A stretch of DNA of 64,000 nt from Enoplolaimus lenunculus (taxonomy: Eukaryota): positions 248,001 to 312,000 of the forward strand of contig JASANG010003338.1 in the NCBI GenBank assembly GCA_030248215.1, read 5' to 3'. Positions 11,508 to 25,362 of this stretch are shown one piece after another. A program made the position numbers and the translations under genes. Each line of letters starts with the position of its first letter. The stretch's first letter is position 1. The notes under the pieces are model-generated. The model ran no database searches, was not told the DNA's origin, and was given only the letters and a program-made list of their open reading frames with translations.

Positions 11508-14500
11508 CTGCAACTGATCAGAGCATCGACTCGAGTGCATTCAATGTGCGAAACTGTTGTAACCGCAGAATTTAGAAAACATATATTAAAAAACTATGCT
11601 ATATACACATATGCGAAGGCTTACAAATGACCTTCAAAAAAGTATAGTTTCCAGTTTGTTTCAAGCAACAATTGAAATTTCAAAGCACGGAATGCTTGCA
11701 ACATTCTACCGCAAAACGAGCAAGAATGACATGCGCTTGACATTTGCAATTGCAAATTTTACTAATTTTGGTTAGAAAACACTCTACGTAACTCCCACAG
11801 TTTTTATAATTTTCAGGATAAAAACAATGATTAAACTTGTGGTAAATGAGTGTACAAGTGGTCTCGTTTTTTACACAAACAAAAATGCATATTGAAAAAT
11901 GAAAATTGGTTGGAACTGCTAGTATCGACGAGATAAATGAGGAAAACGAAAAAATATTATAATTCGGCAAACGTAGGCGCTATGCAATTTCAATTATACT
12001 CAAATAAAATCGGTAGTGTTGCACAAATGAGTGCTTGTTTATTTCCTCTCCACCAGGGCCAGAGCAGCTGCCACCTTACGCCCCATTTGGGGGTTCCACC
12101 TCTAAAGGGGCTCCCAGCCTAACCGGTTGAAACAAAAACTGCGTCTGGCTTCTCGCTCGCTTCGCTCGGGAGTTTAGGGAGAGCTCTCACCCCTACCTGC
12201 TCCGGCACTGCTGCCCACACTAGTGTTGATTTGATAATAAGCGTAATTTCCAAACGTTTTTGCGAATGAAAGTAAACAAACCACTTAGGACCGAAGTTAA
12301 ATTGTTGTTAAAATTCGTTGCCGATTATTGAATTTCAGCAGTAAATTAAACATACCGAAAAAATTACCGATTGCTAAAATTTTTATAAACGAACACAGAT
12401 TTGCAATCCCACCAGTTCGCTGCCTACACAGAATTTTAGTGATTAATATGAAAATGGGAGAATTAATTGAAGTGAGTAGGCAGTGTCTTCCTCAGCGCCC
12501 ACATACCCCCTAAATCGAGGATCCCTTACACGCAAGGGGCCTTCACAAATTCGAACAAATATCGTCTCGTCTCTGGCTTGCTTCGCTCGCGAAATTCCTT
12601 CGCTATTTTCCTCGGGCTCAGCCGTTTTAGAATATTTTAGGCTTCTCCTAGTAAAATTTGAGCATCGTTAGGAAACTTTTTTATTTCAAGCGCACGTCCT
12701 TACCAGAACTGTTTTGCCTCCAGCTTGAGGAAATGTTGTCCATGCATAAACTGTTGTATTTTTGATTTCACAACAAAATATTAATACGTAGATTACAGAA
12801 AAATTGTATCGAATATCGGGATCATGTTGAGGCTATGATTTTAGCAAAATATGGTCCAACCGGAGGCGTAGGCAACTTAAAGTTGATTCAAGTACGTCCC
12901 AGATTAAAAACAGACCACATTCAGAGTTCGGTATTACAGTTATCGACTAAGAATAACGGTCTTTTACAAAGGACAGAAAGTGAACTATTAAAACTAAATA
13001 GCAAGAATTAATTTTTTTTTTCATGTCGCGATAGTTTGTTTCAAAAAAATTTTTATATCTAACATATCCGACTCCGCCTCCGGCAAAAAATCAACATCCG
13101 GCTCCGGCTCTGGCTCCGGCTTCGGGTATTTTAACTTGCCGGATAATTTTTAAAATTTCTCAAAATTGAAACCATCATTTGTATTTATACCAGCTACCGT
13201 GGAACTGATTGACTTACTTAATTTTACATGTTTTTTCTGTCATACAGGTAATGTAAGTGTTTACTTGTGCCCAAATTCGATCACAATTTTTATTGAGTTA
13301 CAATATGCTGAAAAACCTGATAGATAGACTAGTGATATTTTAAGGGCGTAACAGTATTTCAGCAGATCCCAATTCCTAACCCTAAGGTTAAACTTCAGCG
13401 TAAAAATAAATCTAAGCCACACCCAAGCCTAAGCGAAAGTGATAGCCTCGATTTTAAGCAAGAATGGTCGGTCAAGATAAAAACGAGTCCCGAGACCGAA
13501 ACCTGACAACCGAGACAGGCTATGAAATGTCTGGGTCTCGGTCAATGTTTTTTCATCACCGAAAAAAAAACAAAATTTTCAAAAAACCATTTCTAATGCT
13601 TTTTTGTAGTTTTGTAATAGATTTTTCGTAGTTTTTTTGCGTGTTTCACAATATCTGCTTATAATTATTGCGTGACTACAAAAATTCATAGATTCACATC
13701 GAAATTTTATTTATGTACCAGGCATCACTTATTTACTACAATACAGCCATACATTTGTCGAATCCTCGACTTCTGGGCTCAGTTACAAGCCACCGAGACT
13801 CAACAAACCGAGATCAAGACCAGCCAAATACAGAGATTTGCCGCCACCGAGACTCCCTTTCCTGATAATAAGCCACCTCTATTTGATGTACCTTACAAAA
13901 ACCGGTTACGCTTAAATGCAATATGGTCCAAACAAATACTGCAACTGAACGCATCGATACAAAACATAGAACAGTGTAATAGGGTCGTTGCTAAGGTGTT
14001 AAAAATTCATCGGCATGAGATGTTAAACAAGACCTTTGGATACCATACGCCACGGAGAAAAGAAGTCCTAGCTCTATTCTGAAATTTGAATGCCGTCTAG
14101 TGTTACATTTGAATTAACTATCCGGCTCCGGCTCCGGCGGGATATTAGATTATCCGGCTCTGGATCACGCATTTTTTGGTATCCGGTCGCACCGTGATAT
14201 ATATTGTGTTTAGATAATTATAGCGATAGCGACTACTTGGCTAAAAAATCTGCCAAATATTATGCGTTGACAATTTTCAGTCGCAGTTCATTCAGGACAT
14301 ATGGTATGCGACATACACTTTAGTTCCTTGCGTTTCGCAAAATCTGATAATTTTGATTTTAGTCCTAACAAGCTGATTCTATAATAATACGTCTACGAAA
14401 CGAAATGCCCTCGTCTGACGAGATACAAATAAATGAGAAAAAATCTCTCGCTATAGTAGAGCGAATCAATTTAATGCAAGGTCACGCGACATATATATAC

Positions 14501-15080
14501 TACTGCTGCACACCGATAATTTCTTTTTTTTTGTGTTCTTCGTCGGCATATTTTAGCTTATTTGTGTGTTCTGCTTTTATTCGCCGAAGCATCACAACAT
14601 CACTGTTCGAGTATAAGCTCAAGTAACCCGGCGATGCATAATAAATTATTCAAAGAAACCGACGTTTTCTAACACCCCGCCTGGACAGTTTGACAAAAAA
14701 CGACAACACAATGGCAAACAATTATTTTCGCGTTATGAGAACGCGAGTAATTAATACTTGGCACAGTTTATGACCCGATTTTGTTAGCTTTATCTGCAGA
14801 AAGAACCCCAAACAGATGCGAATATATCTTTTGGAACAAAATGGCATCTATTCAAAAAGCTATCGAGTGTAAATTGATTAATGACGTGCATGAATTGACC
14901 GGCGCCGGACGTTCTTGTTCATATAATCAATAACTCAAAATCTCGAAGCTTTTTTTACACTTCCTTCCACCCCACAGTTTTTTAAGTTTTTAGATCTTTG
15001 TATAATTTTAGTTAACAATTAGTCACATGGGCAATGTTAATAGAAGCGATAAGGGTAGCATTAGAGCTATTGGTCCGAGC

Positions 15081-15497
15081 CAGGGTGTGACCGAATATCC
15101 GTTTTCGTTTCCGTTTTCGTTAAAAATCCGTGTCCGTTTCCGTTTCCGTTATAAAAATATCGGAAATTTTGTTATTTTTGTGCTCAAAAATTAGTTGTAA
15201 ATCATGTATATATCTCGCAATTTTTCAGTACAGGTATGCTGCGATTGTTCGAAATGAAATAAAAATTACGAAATTCATCCAAACACTTAAAATTTTCGTT
15301 GCATCCGCAATTTTTTCTATAGAATTTTACAAAGCCCATTAAATATTTGCATATCTCAATTGGTGTTGAGAAGAAAAATAAAACATCTTTGAAACTTTTA
15401 TACTTCAATATTAGTTTTCCGTTTCGGTTTCCATTATTCTGATCATTATACGTTTCCGTTTCCGTTTCCGTTACATTTACTATTCGTTTACACCCTG
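15081..15497. mobile_element. hAT-type MITE with CCGTTT subterminal repeats
   Basis: TIR CAGGGTGTGACCGAATA / TATTCGTTTACACCCTG and perfect 8-bp TSD GTCCGAGC. Relatives at ~22340, ~46440-46720 and ~48125-48350. Confidence 0.92.
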
Positions 15498-17101
15498 GTC
15501 CGAGCTGACAAAAAAAGTTTCAACATCCAGTCCAAAATTTGCGCTGTCTTAAAAACGTCTAAAAAATTTTCGTCCTTCACTCATAAACCGGGTAAATTTG
15601 TAAATATTCAGTGTTCATGTTACCGGTCTCTACTACGTTAAACGAAATCTTGTCTTATGCAGAAGCCTATCGAAATAGGTACATACAGTGTGTGAAACAG
15701 CAAACATATAATGTACCGAAATTTCGTCTCTAAAACCAAAAACACTTTCTACTATGTGCTGAGGTTGTAATTTACACCAGTATCAGATTCAAGATTTGGT
15801 CCCTGGTACATCCCAGATCATGGCACGCAACAACCAAAATTATGTATTAAAATCTATTTTAAAATTGAGTTTGCTTTTTTCGCTCACAAGTTATTTTCAC
15901 TATTACGAATCGCGTTACCATTAAAAATTTCTCAGTCCGCCACTACTTCACACCGCATTAAAACAAATATATTTGTTGCCGCCGAAAAAGTATCGTTTAG
16001 TGTAAACTCATTTTTTGCAGCTTCTTGCTAATTTTTCTACTAATAGCCAAAATTCAAAAGCCTGGTTTGAAAATTTTTTGTAAGCTCCGGTATCTAGCTG
16101 GCTATACTAAAGCTTGTAAACGTGACATTTTGTTGATTCTCCATCAATTTCGCTAGCGGATTTATCTCAATATCCTTATACACTCCTGAGCAGAGAATAT
16201 AAAAATTATAATCCGGTAAAAATTTTATGTTCTATGTTAAATATTGAATTCTGAACTGCCAGCCTTCTACGATTTTGCATACTAACATTAAACATAGTAG
16301 GTTTCCGTGAACCTCAAACTTTTAAATCTTTTATACCACTTTAGACCGCTCGAAGATCAATTTTTTTGAGAATGCAGCAGAATTTGATACTGAGAGCGAT
16401 AAAAAAAAGTTGAAATCTACTGAATTAAATAACTTATAAGCCGTATTTACACAAGCACACGCATACACCGCATACAACAAAAGACATTGGAGGCATACGA
16501 ACAAAGCAGCATACTGTGGCTTAAAATTTACTTCAATTTTAGCGTCTCAGGCTTGCTTTCTTTGTTACTTATCGCACTATATTACAGTGTTGTACTGAAG
16601 AATTTAAAACTGAACGGGGCCAGCACACAAAAACACGACTAAAATATTGGTTCTCAATACTGAAACTCGCACAAATGGCTCGCGATGGTTCAGTAAGGCA
16701 TTGTTCTTGCCTAGAAATGAATCGGATAAAGAGAACGCTTCGTGACGCACTCTTGGTGGGCTTTTCTGTCCCTCTGCAGTACTAAATTTTGCAACAATTT
16801 ACACTCACAACAAAAGCAGTATTAAAGTTTTTTCACTGGAAAACATGTTGTTTTCTAGTTGTAATGTGCGGAGTATGTGATTTTAAAACGAATATTTTGT
16901 TGAAAATTTTTTATATTTATCAACGCTAAGCGGAGTCCTTGTAGTAAAGTTTTGTTCTAAGGCTATTTCAAAGTGTTTAAAAGTGTGCTTTAGATTTTTG
17001 CCACCCGGTGCATTCGGTTGCAGATCCAAAAAAAATTATGCCGGGGATGCGATAAATAATTGTAAAATCGTGGTAAGCGAAGCGAGCGAGATGCCAAACG
17101 C

Positions 17102-17292
17102 GGCCCATGTTACTTTTAGGGGCGTTCAGGTTTTTGGTGGGTCTATTAAAGAGTAGGTTTAGATTCTAGATTACACGTTTTCGCTTAGGTTTAGGCTTAA
17201 GCTTATTAATACATTTTGCAACACTTAGGCTTAGGCTTAGGGTTTGGAATACGCTTAATATACTGTTACGAAACCTAAAAGTAACATTTGCC
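17102..17292. mobile_element. GG-terminal MITE with 8-bp TSD (Merlin-like)
   Basis: TIR GGCCCATGTTACTTTTAGG / CCTAAAAGTAACATTTGCC, TSD CCAAACGC on both sides. Relatives at ~23911-24030 and ~19986-20120. Confidence 0.85.
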
Positions 17293-18739
17293 CCAAACGC
17301 AATATGAGCATTAAATGTGAATAAATAGTTCGGTTTTTAAAAACGTTGAAGGAAGTCATGTCATAGGTGCATGCTTGCATTCGAAAGTAATTGCAACATG
17401 CAAACCAAAATAATTCTACTCGTTGTGCCTATTGTCAACAAATCTTAGATACATCGTCGGTTTGACGGTAGGCCTTGTATTTTCTTAACTCGCACATTTT
17501 TATCATTGGAGCTCGTCCGCTGCTACTAAACTAAATAATATCAGCATGACAGTTTACGTTCGACATTATACAGCAGTACTACTGCCGTTTCAAATCAAAA
17601 CTCGTATCCAAACGTCAGATTATTTATGACTTTCAGAAATTTTGTCAGGTTTTTATTTGTCCGATAGCCTAATGAACACATGGTCAGTGTTCCGAGAGAA
17701 AGGATTGCCCTATGCTCACCGTCGGTCACCGTGCGTCACCCGTACGGTGCGGTCGGTCATCGTGCGTCAACCGTATGGCAACGTCCTTCACCGTCCGTCA
17801 GCGTACGCTATCGTACGTTAGTTATTTGCGTACGGACGGCGCCTTGCGGTAACAGACGGAGCCGTGCGGTTGACGGACGGGGCGGAACGGTACCGTGCGG
17901 ATGACGGACCGCGCCGCACGACAAAAAAATTGCGTTCTTTATTAATTTTCGAAGCCAATCGCTCCGTAATGTACAAAGCTGTCTTAATTTTATAAGAATG
18001 GTTCATTTGAAATAAAATTTTCAAACACAAACGCCAGACGCATAACAATCATGAAAATCCAACGTCCGTCGCCAGTATGATATATAACTATGCGTCGTTA
18101 TCTTTGTCAAAAAATAACGATAAATTTATGATCATATCCAAAAACATTACCCGTTATTTAATATCGCAACTGCTGCAACTGCTTTAAACGTTTTGGGATA
18201 AAATTGTCTTTCTCCACACCCTCCACTAAGTTTGCAAACATCAAACAGAACAGTTTTGCTGCACCAGTAGAGTTACGTCTAAAATAAACTCTATCAAAAA
18301 TTCGTCTGGTCTCACAAAATTACTTAAATTTCTGAATTCATACCGTTTCAATAACGCATTGGAATAACAACAGTAAAAACAGCGATCAATCTTGATTTAT
18401 AAGATATACTACTAACCATTATTTGACAGTACCTTGTGCTTGTAAATTTCACAAACTAAAATGCCCATGTCGTACAAATCACACGTAAAATCGAACCATG
18501 CAACTACGAATTGTTAGTAGACGAGACAAGACTTCCCCACAAGGAGCAACAAAACGTTTTATGGAATTATTATGGCCAGGGTTGCAAAGCTGTTCGTAGG
18601 AGGCGAACGCCATCACTCCCCCATAGTTGTGGTCTTGCAATACAAATTTTGTTGTCGTTTTTACGTGTGTGTATTCTTCAAACGTTTGGCTTCAATTTTC
18701 TCAAACAGTAAATGTACAGTGTAAACATGAGTTATTCTG

Positions 18740-18768
18740 TATAATAATAATAATAATAATAATAATAA
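18740..18768. repeat. (TAA)n microsatellite
   Basis: Seen directly. Confidence 0.9.
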
Positions 18769-21700
18769 CTCTTGTGCACTATTTTTTCTATTTTCCTTTC
18801 GTTGAGTAAAATTTTAATATCGTGTAAAGGGTAAACTTTCGTAACAAAAATAATAAATACGAATCGAAACTTTATTGAAGTTGTACGCGCAAGCGAGTTA
18901 TTTTTCCAATTTTAAAAATACGTGAAACGCAAACCACCACCAACACATATTAATACAGCTTTGAACAGTGTGGCGTATACTGTACAAGTGAAGGGATATA
19001 AAGATAAAACATATATTTCCTCCTTACATTTTTGGAGATACAAAAAAGCACTTTCAACAGGCAATAAAATAACCTTCTGGTTCTTAGAGGTCAAAACGAT
19101 TTTATACATGACGTTGTACGTTTCCGAACTGAATTCTGGCTACGACCCTGGATTCGAACCATGCGACAACAGTTTTAAAACGGATTCGAGACGTTACGTA
19201 TTTCATTCAGTTATTTGTCTCGTTTGCAACGCTGTCCATAATCACTACTTCCATACATTGTAGGCGCTTAAGTTGTAATTTTTTCAATACAAAATATAAG
19301 TGCACGTTTGGCATGTGTTTTGTTGTTACATTTCAAATTGAAAGAATTTTTTGGTTTCAACGAAACAGGGGTGACTGCATTTGGGCTGATTGTTTTATGT
19401 TTGAATACAGTAAAAATAATTATTTGTTATTTAAGGAAAATACGCTCGGTTTCCTTCTTTTTTTCTCGTTTAAACTTGAAAGATTTTTTTCTTTTAACAG
19501 AAACGATTGTTGAAACATCGCCATGTCTGGTCAGCTTTGTAAATTGCGATAAGGCATACTGTGTTTTCTATTTTTAAAAGTGCCTTTATCTCGTTTCTAA
19601 AATTTTTGGGACTGTATAAATCTACTATGCCCAATTGTTTACGCCCCTGTTGACGTTTATTGTATGCATGTTTTACAAAATAATAATAAACTTGACAAAT
19701 GTTTAATTGAATATCGACGCTTAAACATGATGCACGAAAATACATCTGTTCAGAGCTGGCCAATGTACAGTTACCGCAGGACTTGAAGCAATCATCAACC
19801 AATATATTTATATCGCTGCAAAATAGGTTTCAAAAACAGTCCATGTGGATCTGGAAAATTTTGCTTTGAACGCTATATGTTACATACCAGGATGCGACCG
19901 GATACCTAAATTTCCGGAGTCGGGTAAATAATTCCAATCTAATACTGGAATAAATCTTCCTGATGTGGCCTAAAGTATCTTTATGCATGTTACTTTTAAG
20001 GACATCCCGTTTTCCTTAGGTACTACAAAATAGAGGTGGCTAGGATTTAGTCAATTATTTTTGCTTAGACTTACGCTTAGTTATAGATTTATTTTTACGC
20101 TGAAGTTTAGACTTAGTGTTAGGTAAATAACACTGGCTATATTTATCAGGTTTTCCAGCGTTATGTAACTCGATAAAGATTGTGAACATACACGGTCACA
20201 TGAAAACATTTCCATTGCATGTATGACAGCAAAAATATATAAAGTGAGTCAATTATTTGCATGCTAGTTACTAGTTTGTATATATAAATGCAAATTATGG
20301 TTTTAATTTTCGAAGTTTTTTTGCCGGAGTCTGATATCCAGTCGCACCTTCGTGCTTACGTAGCCAAAAAAATGGCAATCGAAAAGCAAAACGCAATTTT
20401 AGCACTAAATTTTAACAAACAGAGGCACAATAAGTCTAGAAAAACCAGTATAAATCTGGTGACACATACATCTGAAACATTCTTCAAATACGTTACCTAC
20501 AGTTTTGAACGTGGGTTAAGTGTGTATTAATCGACAAAAATCATTATATTATGTAATACTACTTGTGAAATTTTACCATAATTTAATAAAGTTTAAGTCA
20601 ACGCTTTCGGGTAATTTGATAAAATCAAAAGAAATTTGTAAAGTTGCGGCATTCTGTTGTATTTCTACTTTTCTGGCTTTCGTACACGATGATGCATGAA
20701 TCCTGCTGGGTGATATAGAGATAGCCTGCTTTTAAATACTGCGCTAAATAAAAAACGAACCCAAAAGGCTCATCCCCTTAAGAAAAAGTATGTCTTCGTT
20801 TTCTAACCAGAAAGTGGATGCTCCGCTAGTATCAGACCCAACTGTCGTTTACTGGTCCGATTTTGTAAATTTTCTTCATATTTCAGCATTTCACGACATT
20901 CACCGATCATTCCTCGCACAAATTTTTTGGTACATTTCATTTTTGAGATCCTAAGGTACTCTTTTAAAGCCGAAATATTTTCGTTTAAACGTTAGGCCAT
21001 CGTTCAACGCAGATTGTGGAGTTCAGTCGAGGCATACTAAATGCGTCACTTTTTAGACAAAAAATAATTCGGTCCGAGCATGAGTCATCGGGACCTCAAA
21101 AAACTGATTTTGCCATAATTCTAATTTAGGTGTGGAATTTACAAAATACAGCGTTTTGTCAAAAGACCATGTTTAGCGAAACGCCGGATAGTGGATGGCG
21201 GGGAGATAGTGAAAACGACCCCATCAGAAAACTGCTATAGCTACGTTTGAAAGCAATTGAAATGAATGTACTTTCAAAACTTAAGTATCAAATCTTTAAT
21301 GTTTTAGACCATGTATAGAACAGGGCCGGAACAGTAATATAAGCATATTCCTCAGCCTAAACCTAAGCCTAAACCTAAGCAAAAAATTGGTCTAAAACTT
21401 AAACTGACTCTATTATAGCCCCTCCGGAAAACGATGTTATGAACTCAACTGTATTTGGTGCTGGAGTCATTTATGCGCTACAGTTTGGTATAATTGACGT
21501 TTATGGACTCGAATTATGGTTTAAGGATCTTATTAAGGATACGGACACTTATTGATTTGGACTCAAAATGGCGGCCCTTATTATTACCCCTCTCATATTC
21601 GGGGTCACTATCGTACGGGCTTGTTATAAATGCACATTACTCTACATGAAGCTGGAACAATATTAAATACAAAAGTATCTGAATGTTAATTTCCCTGTAG

Positions 21701-22606
21701 CGAAAGCAACTGCAGACCAAACAGTTTTCAGACAGAATAGTCTATTTGAAAATAATACAAAAGGTGAAAGATTGAATGCTACTTCCGAAACCTAATCGTC
21801 GATCCATAATTAATCTTTAGTAAAATCAATTTCTATGTTAATTTGTAATATTACTGTTGTTAATATTAATCATATCGCATCTTTAACCTCATTGCATACA
21901 GACACGTATTCAATTGGATGAATACCGGGTGGAAATTTGCCCATTTTGATATTTCTGGAGACAAGCAAATGATTGTTTTAACGAGCGTTGGAATAACCTT
22001 AATTTTTTCCGAAAGGGAGAAAATTCCGTTTTACAAAATTATGCCCTTCCGAACTGAAATCCTGACTACTCGCTTGAATGCAGACAGTGAAGTTCGTGGC
22101 ATTTATATATATGCAATTTCTATAAATTTGTGCAAACGAACGGCAACAATTTTGCTTCAGACAACTCGATTAAAAATTCACCGAATTTAGGTTACATAAA
22201 AGACAATCATTTATGGTTAGACGAGTTGTTCTCTGACGTCTAATTTCTGCTAAAACTGAACCTTACATTCACATACCTACAGTTGCAGATCCTGAAATTT
22301 CTAAAAGCGAGATCGCACGCGAGATCGTTTCCTATAAAATCGATATCCGTTTCCGTTTCCGTTATAGAAATGCCGGAAGTTGTCATTATTTTTAATTGCT
22401 AAACATGACATTTTTAGTACGTGTTGCATCAACGCCACATTTTTCAGCTATTAAGCCAAAAACACTATTTAAACTTCGGTCAAATCGTTTGCATCAAGAG
22501 TTTTTCAGCACAGAAAGGTTGGTGTGAAAATACATCCGCATTTTCGCCACCTGAATCCGCTACTGATTGCACCGGCATTTAAACATATTAGCAAAAATAT
22601 ACTTAC

Positions 22607-22810
22607 AGGTTTTGGTTGTTGTGCTTGTAGAAAAATATTTGTCAGACGTCCAGGTGATTTATGACGGCGCCTTGCAGATGAAGCGTCTGAGGTCATGCTT
22701 CGGATATCGTTCATAGAATCAGTATCGGAACGAGCGGATAGATTACTGCCGTGGCCCGCCGCTAAACTTGTGGCATTGTGACCACAGTCTGAATCTTTCA
22801 ATCGCGATAG
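22607..22810 (-). CDS. PLEKHG5: Exon (LSRLKDSD...RRRHKSPGRLTNIFLQAQQPKP)
   Basis: Acceptor atttttag, donor CCT|GTAAGT, phase 0-0. The basic / R-hydrophobic-x-x-FF-like segment resembles the pre-DH region of PLEKHG5. Confidence 0.8.
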
Positions 22811-23066
22811 CTAAAAATATAAGCAACGTATTGATTCTGAGGTTCTGTAGCGAAACAGTACGCTGAGAGCAGGCCAGTAGCCAGCTCACCTTGCTAGAAG
22901 GGGGTTAAAATATTAGGAGAATTTAGCAAGTAATTTTATACCTGCAAAAGTGAGGTTATTCTATTATGCGGAAGCTTCTGGGGGAAATATATCCGCTTTA
23001 AACCTCCTTCTTCTATATGCTCCTTTACATATACATTTGTTTTAAAAAATTTTAACCCAGCGCATA

Positions 23067-23367
23067 TATACGTCGTTGGCCAATCTGCTATTCAGGCCAG
23101 TTACCTATTGGCCTAGGCTAATCTGCTATTTTGCGTAATACCAGTTTCGTTTAGGCTAAACGCTTTTAAACTTATAGACCAATGAGATTTGATTATATGG
23201 ACAGACGCAACACCGTCAACCAATCAGCGTTACTTTTTCATAACTGTTGTTTTGCTACATTTACAGACCCTATTTGTCCTAGGCCAATCAGCTATTCGCT
23301 CAGAATAGCAGATTGGCCTAGGCCAATAAGTAATTGACCTGAATAGCAGATTGGCCTACGACATATA
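23067..23367. mobile_element. MITE with ~60 bp TIRs (TATAYGTCGTWGGCCAATCTGCTATT...)
   Basis: Long inverted arms. The related TATATGTCGTAGCCC family occurs at 8081-8292, ~35015-35075 and 48363-48750. Confidence 0.85.
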
Positions 23368-24726
23368 CACAAACGAAAGATTTTAATGTCCTATTTCCAA
23401 CCATGATGTTTATATCCAAATGTTAGGCAACAATGATAAATTGGTTAAGCCAAAACAACAAAATACGAATCCTGAGTTATTCGGGTTCTTTCAGCTATAC
23501 TCCAGCAGTAATATGTCGAAGTATGGTCTGCTGCGGAGACTTTTCTGCGTACTTCGCTTGTTAATAGTTGTTAGTTATGTAATAGCTTGGATCATTCTGC
23601 CAATATCTCGACTTTTAAAAAATTTACTTTTCAGAGGTTAAATGCCTTTAAAAAATTTTCATTTGGAACAAGTTTTGCATAACTGAAAATAGCAATACCA
23701 GTATTCAATGCATATTTTGAGCAAACTGTGCATCAATTATTCCTTTGCGTCCAAGCTTTTAATAGCTAGTGCCACGTACACTCACTCGGTCCACATTCCA
23801 TTCGGTCAGCCATCAAATTTGATATGAATTAATTTCTTACAATGGGTATGGGATACATGCACTCTCGACATTTCTAAGGAAACGTGTAAAAACACTTGTA
23901 TAGGTTTTTTGGCCTATGTTACTTTGAGGGGCGTTTAGGTTTTTGGTGGGTCTATAAATGTGTAGGTTTAGATTCTAGATAACATTTTTTGCTTAGGCTT
24001 AGGCTTAGGAACACGTTTTTGCAACCTTTAGTTGAAAAACCTGCTTGATTATAGATGTCAAAAAACCTTTCACTTGCTAGTACAACTTTTGTGTATAGTT
24101 ATCGTCCCAAACACCCCCAAAAAGTCAACTAAATTACTGTTGACCGACGTAGTGTTGGGCACTAAAAGTTAAAGCCAGCCTGTCGAAAAAATTTTGAAAC
24201 CAACTGTGTCAATGCCGTAGAGTTGCAGTTCCTGCTTAATTATTCTCTACACCTGAGTGTTCTTGATGTTTGACGAGTTATATTTGAACGGTTTATCTCT
24301 AGAGAACCTTTTTTGTTTTCCCCAAAATAAAGCTATCCGACACTGAACATATGCTCAACATATACTTCTCTCAATCAAAATATTAGACAGCCTTTGACAG
24401 TATTAAACATCCAAAAGTGTGTTACAATCGTGCAATAAGTAAACGAAATAGTCAGAGCTTTGTATTCGTCGGATATAATCTATTTGTTGGGTGAGGTCAA
24501 CCCGTAATTCCGCGTTGGACTAATCCAATTCCCTATTGGCCTGACTTATGTGTTGGGATAGTCCAAGCCATATTTTCGTGTTGAATTCGGTATTTGATTT
24601 ATTACGGATTAGATATATGTTCTATGTATAAATAATGTAATCCATGTAGAAGGCTCTTGGCAACGTTTATGCCGAAAAATTCACAACGGTTAAACGACAT
24701 TTGCAGTTTGTTACTCGGTCCCCTAC

Positions 24727-25362
24727 CAAGGCTTCATCCGCCGAATCCTGGTCAGCATCAATCGTATCGTCAGAATCCACACCACCACTTGCAACACTCG
24801 CACCGCTGGTACTGCGCCGCCGTTGACTATGATGTAATGATATACTGTGACGAAATCCAAAAATCTGTGGCCTCAATTGCAACACAGGTTTAATCATTGT
24901 CGCCCCAGACGATATTCTACGTTGTGTTGTCGGCATCCCACTTCGATTCATCGATGGAATTATTGCTAGCCCAGAGCTGCTGGATTTCAACGACGTTTTC
25001 ACCGGGGTCACTAGTCCAGATATTCCAGATTTGTTGCTTTTCGCTGTCGGCGGAGTTGCTAGCACTGATATTCGTGATTTTGTCTTGGTGCTCGATGGTG
25101 TTGGTAGTCCAGATATTTCAAATTTTCCATGCAGTTGTGGCGTTGATTTGGGTTCTTTTGGACAAACTTGAGCGACTAGAACCTCTCCCGAGATCAATTC
25201 TGTCGAAGGCGTCTGTTGCCCGCTGTTTTGTCCCTTTTTTGTGTCGCTCGAAGTCTTTGGTTTTTGCTCTGGCTGGTCTGAATTAGATCGCGAGTGCTGC
25301 CGTTGTATTTTAAAGCTACTCTTTGTAGCGATGCTTAATTTCGCAGCAATTGGAGTGATCAT
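24727..25362 (-). CDS. PLEKHG5: Candidate alternative first coding exon C (212 codons, S/T/K/P-rich, MITPIAAKLS...ADEAL)
   Basis: 231 aa ORF with a real ATG and an in-frame TAG upstream. Phase-0 donor TTG|GTAGGG (alternative CGA|GTAACA at 24715) fits the acceptor at 22810. Confidence 0.65.

Noticed and set aside
13672..14082. 136 aa plus-strand ORF
   Set aside because: Overlaps GAGACC-repeat MITE sequence; no domain and non-ATG start.
24897..25286. Hydrophobic plus-strand ORF
   Set aside because: Antisense shadow of minus-strand exon C.
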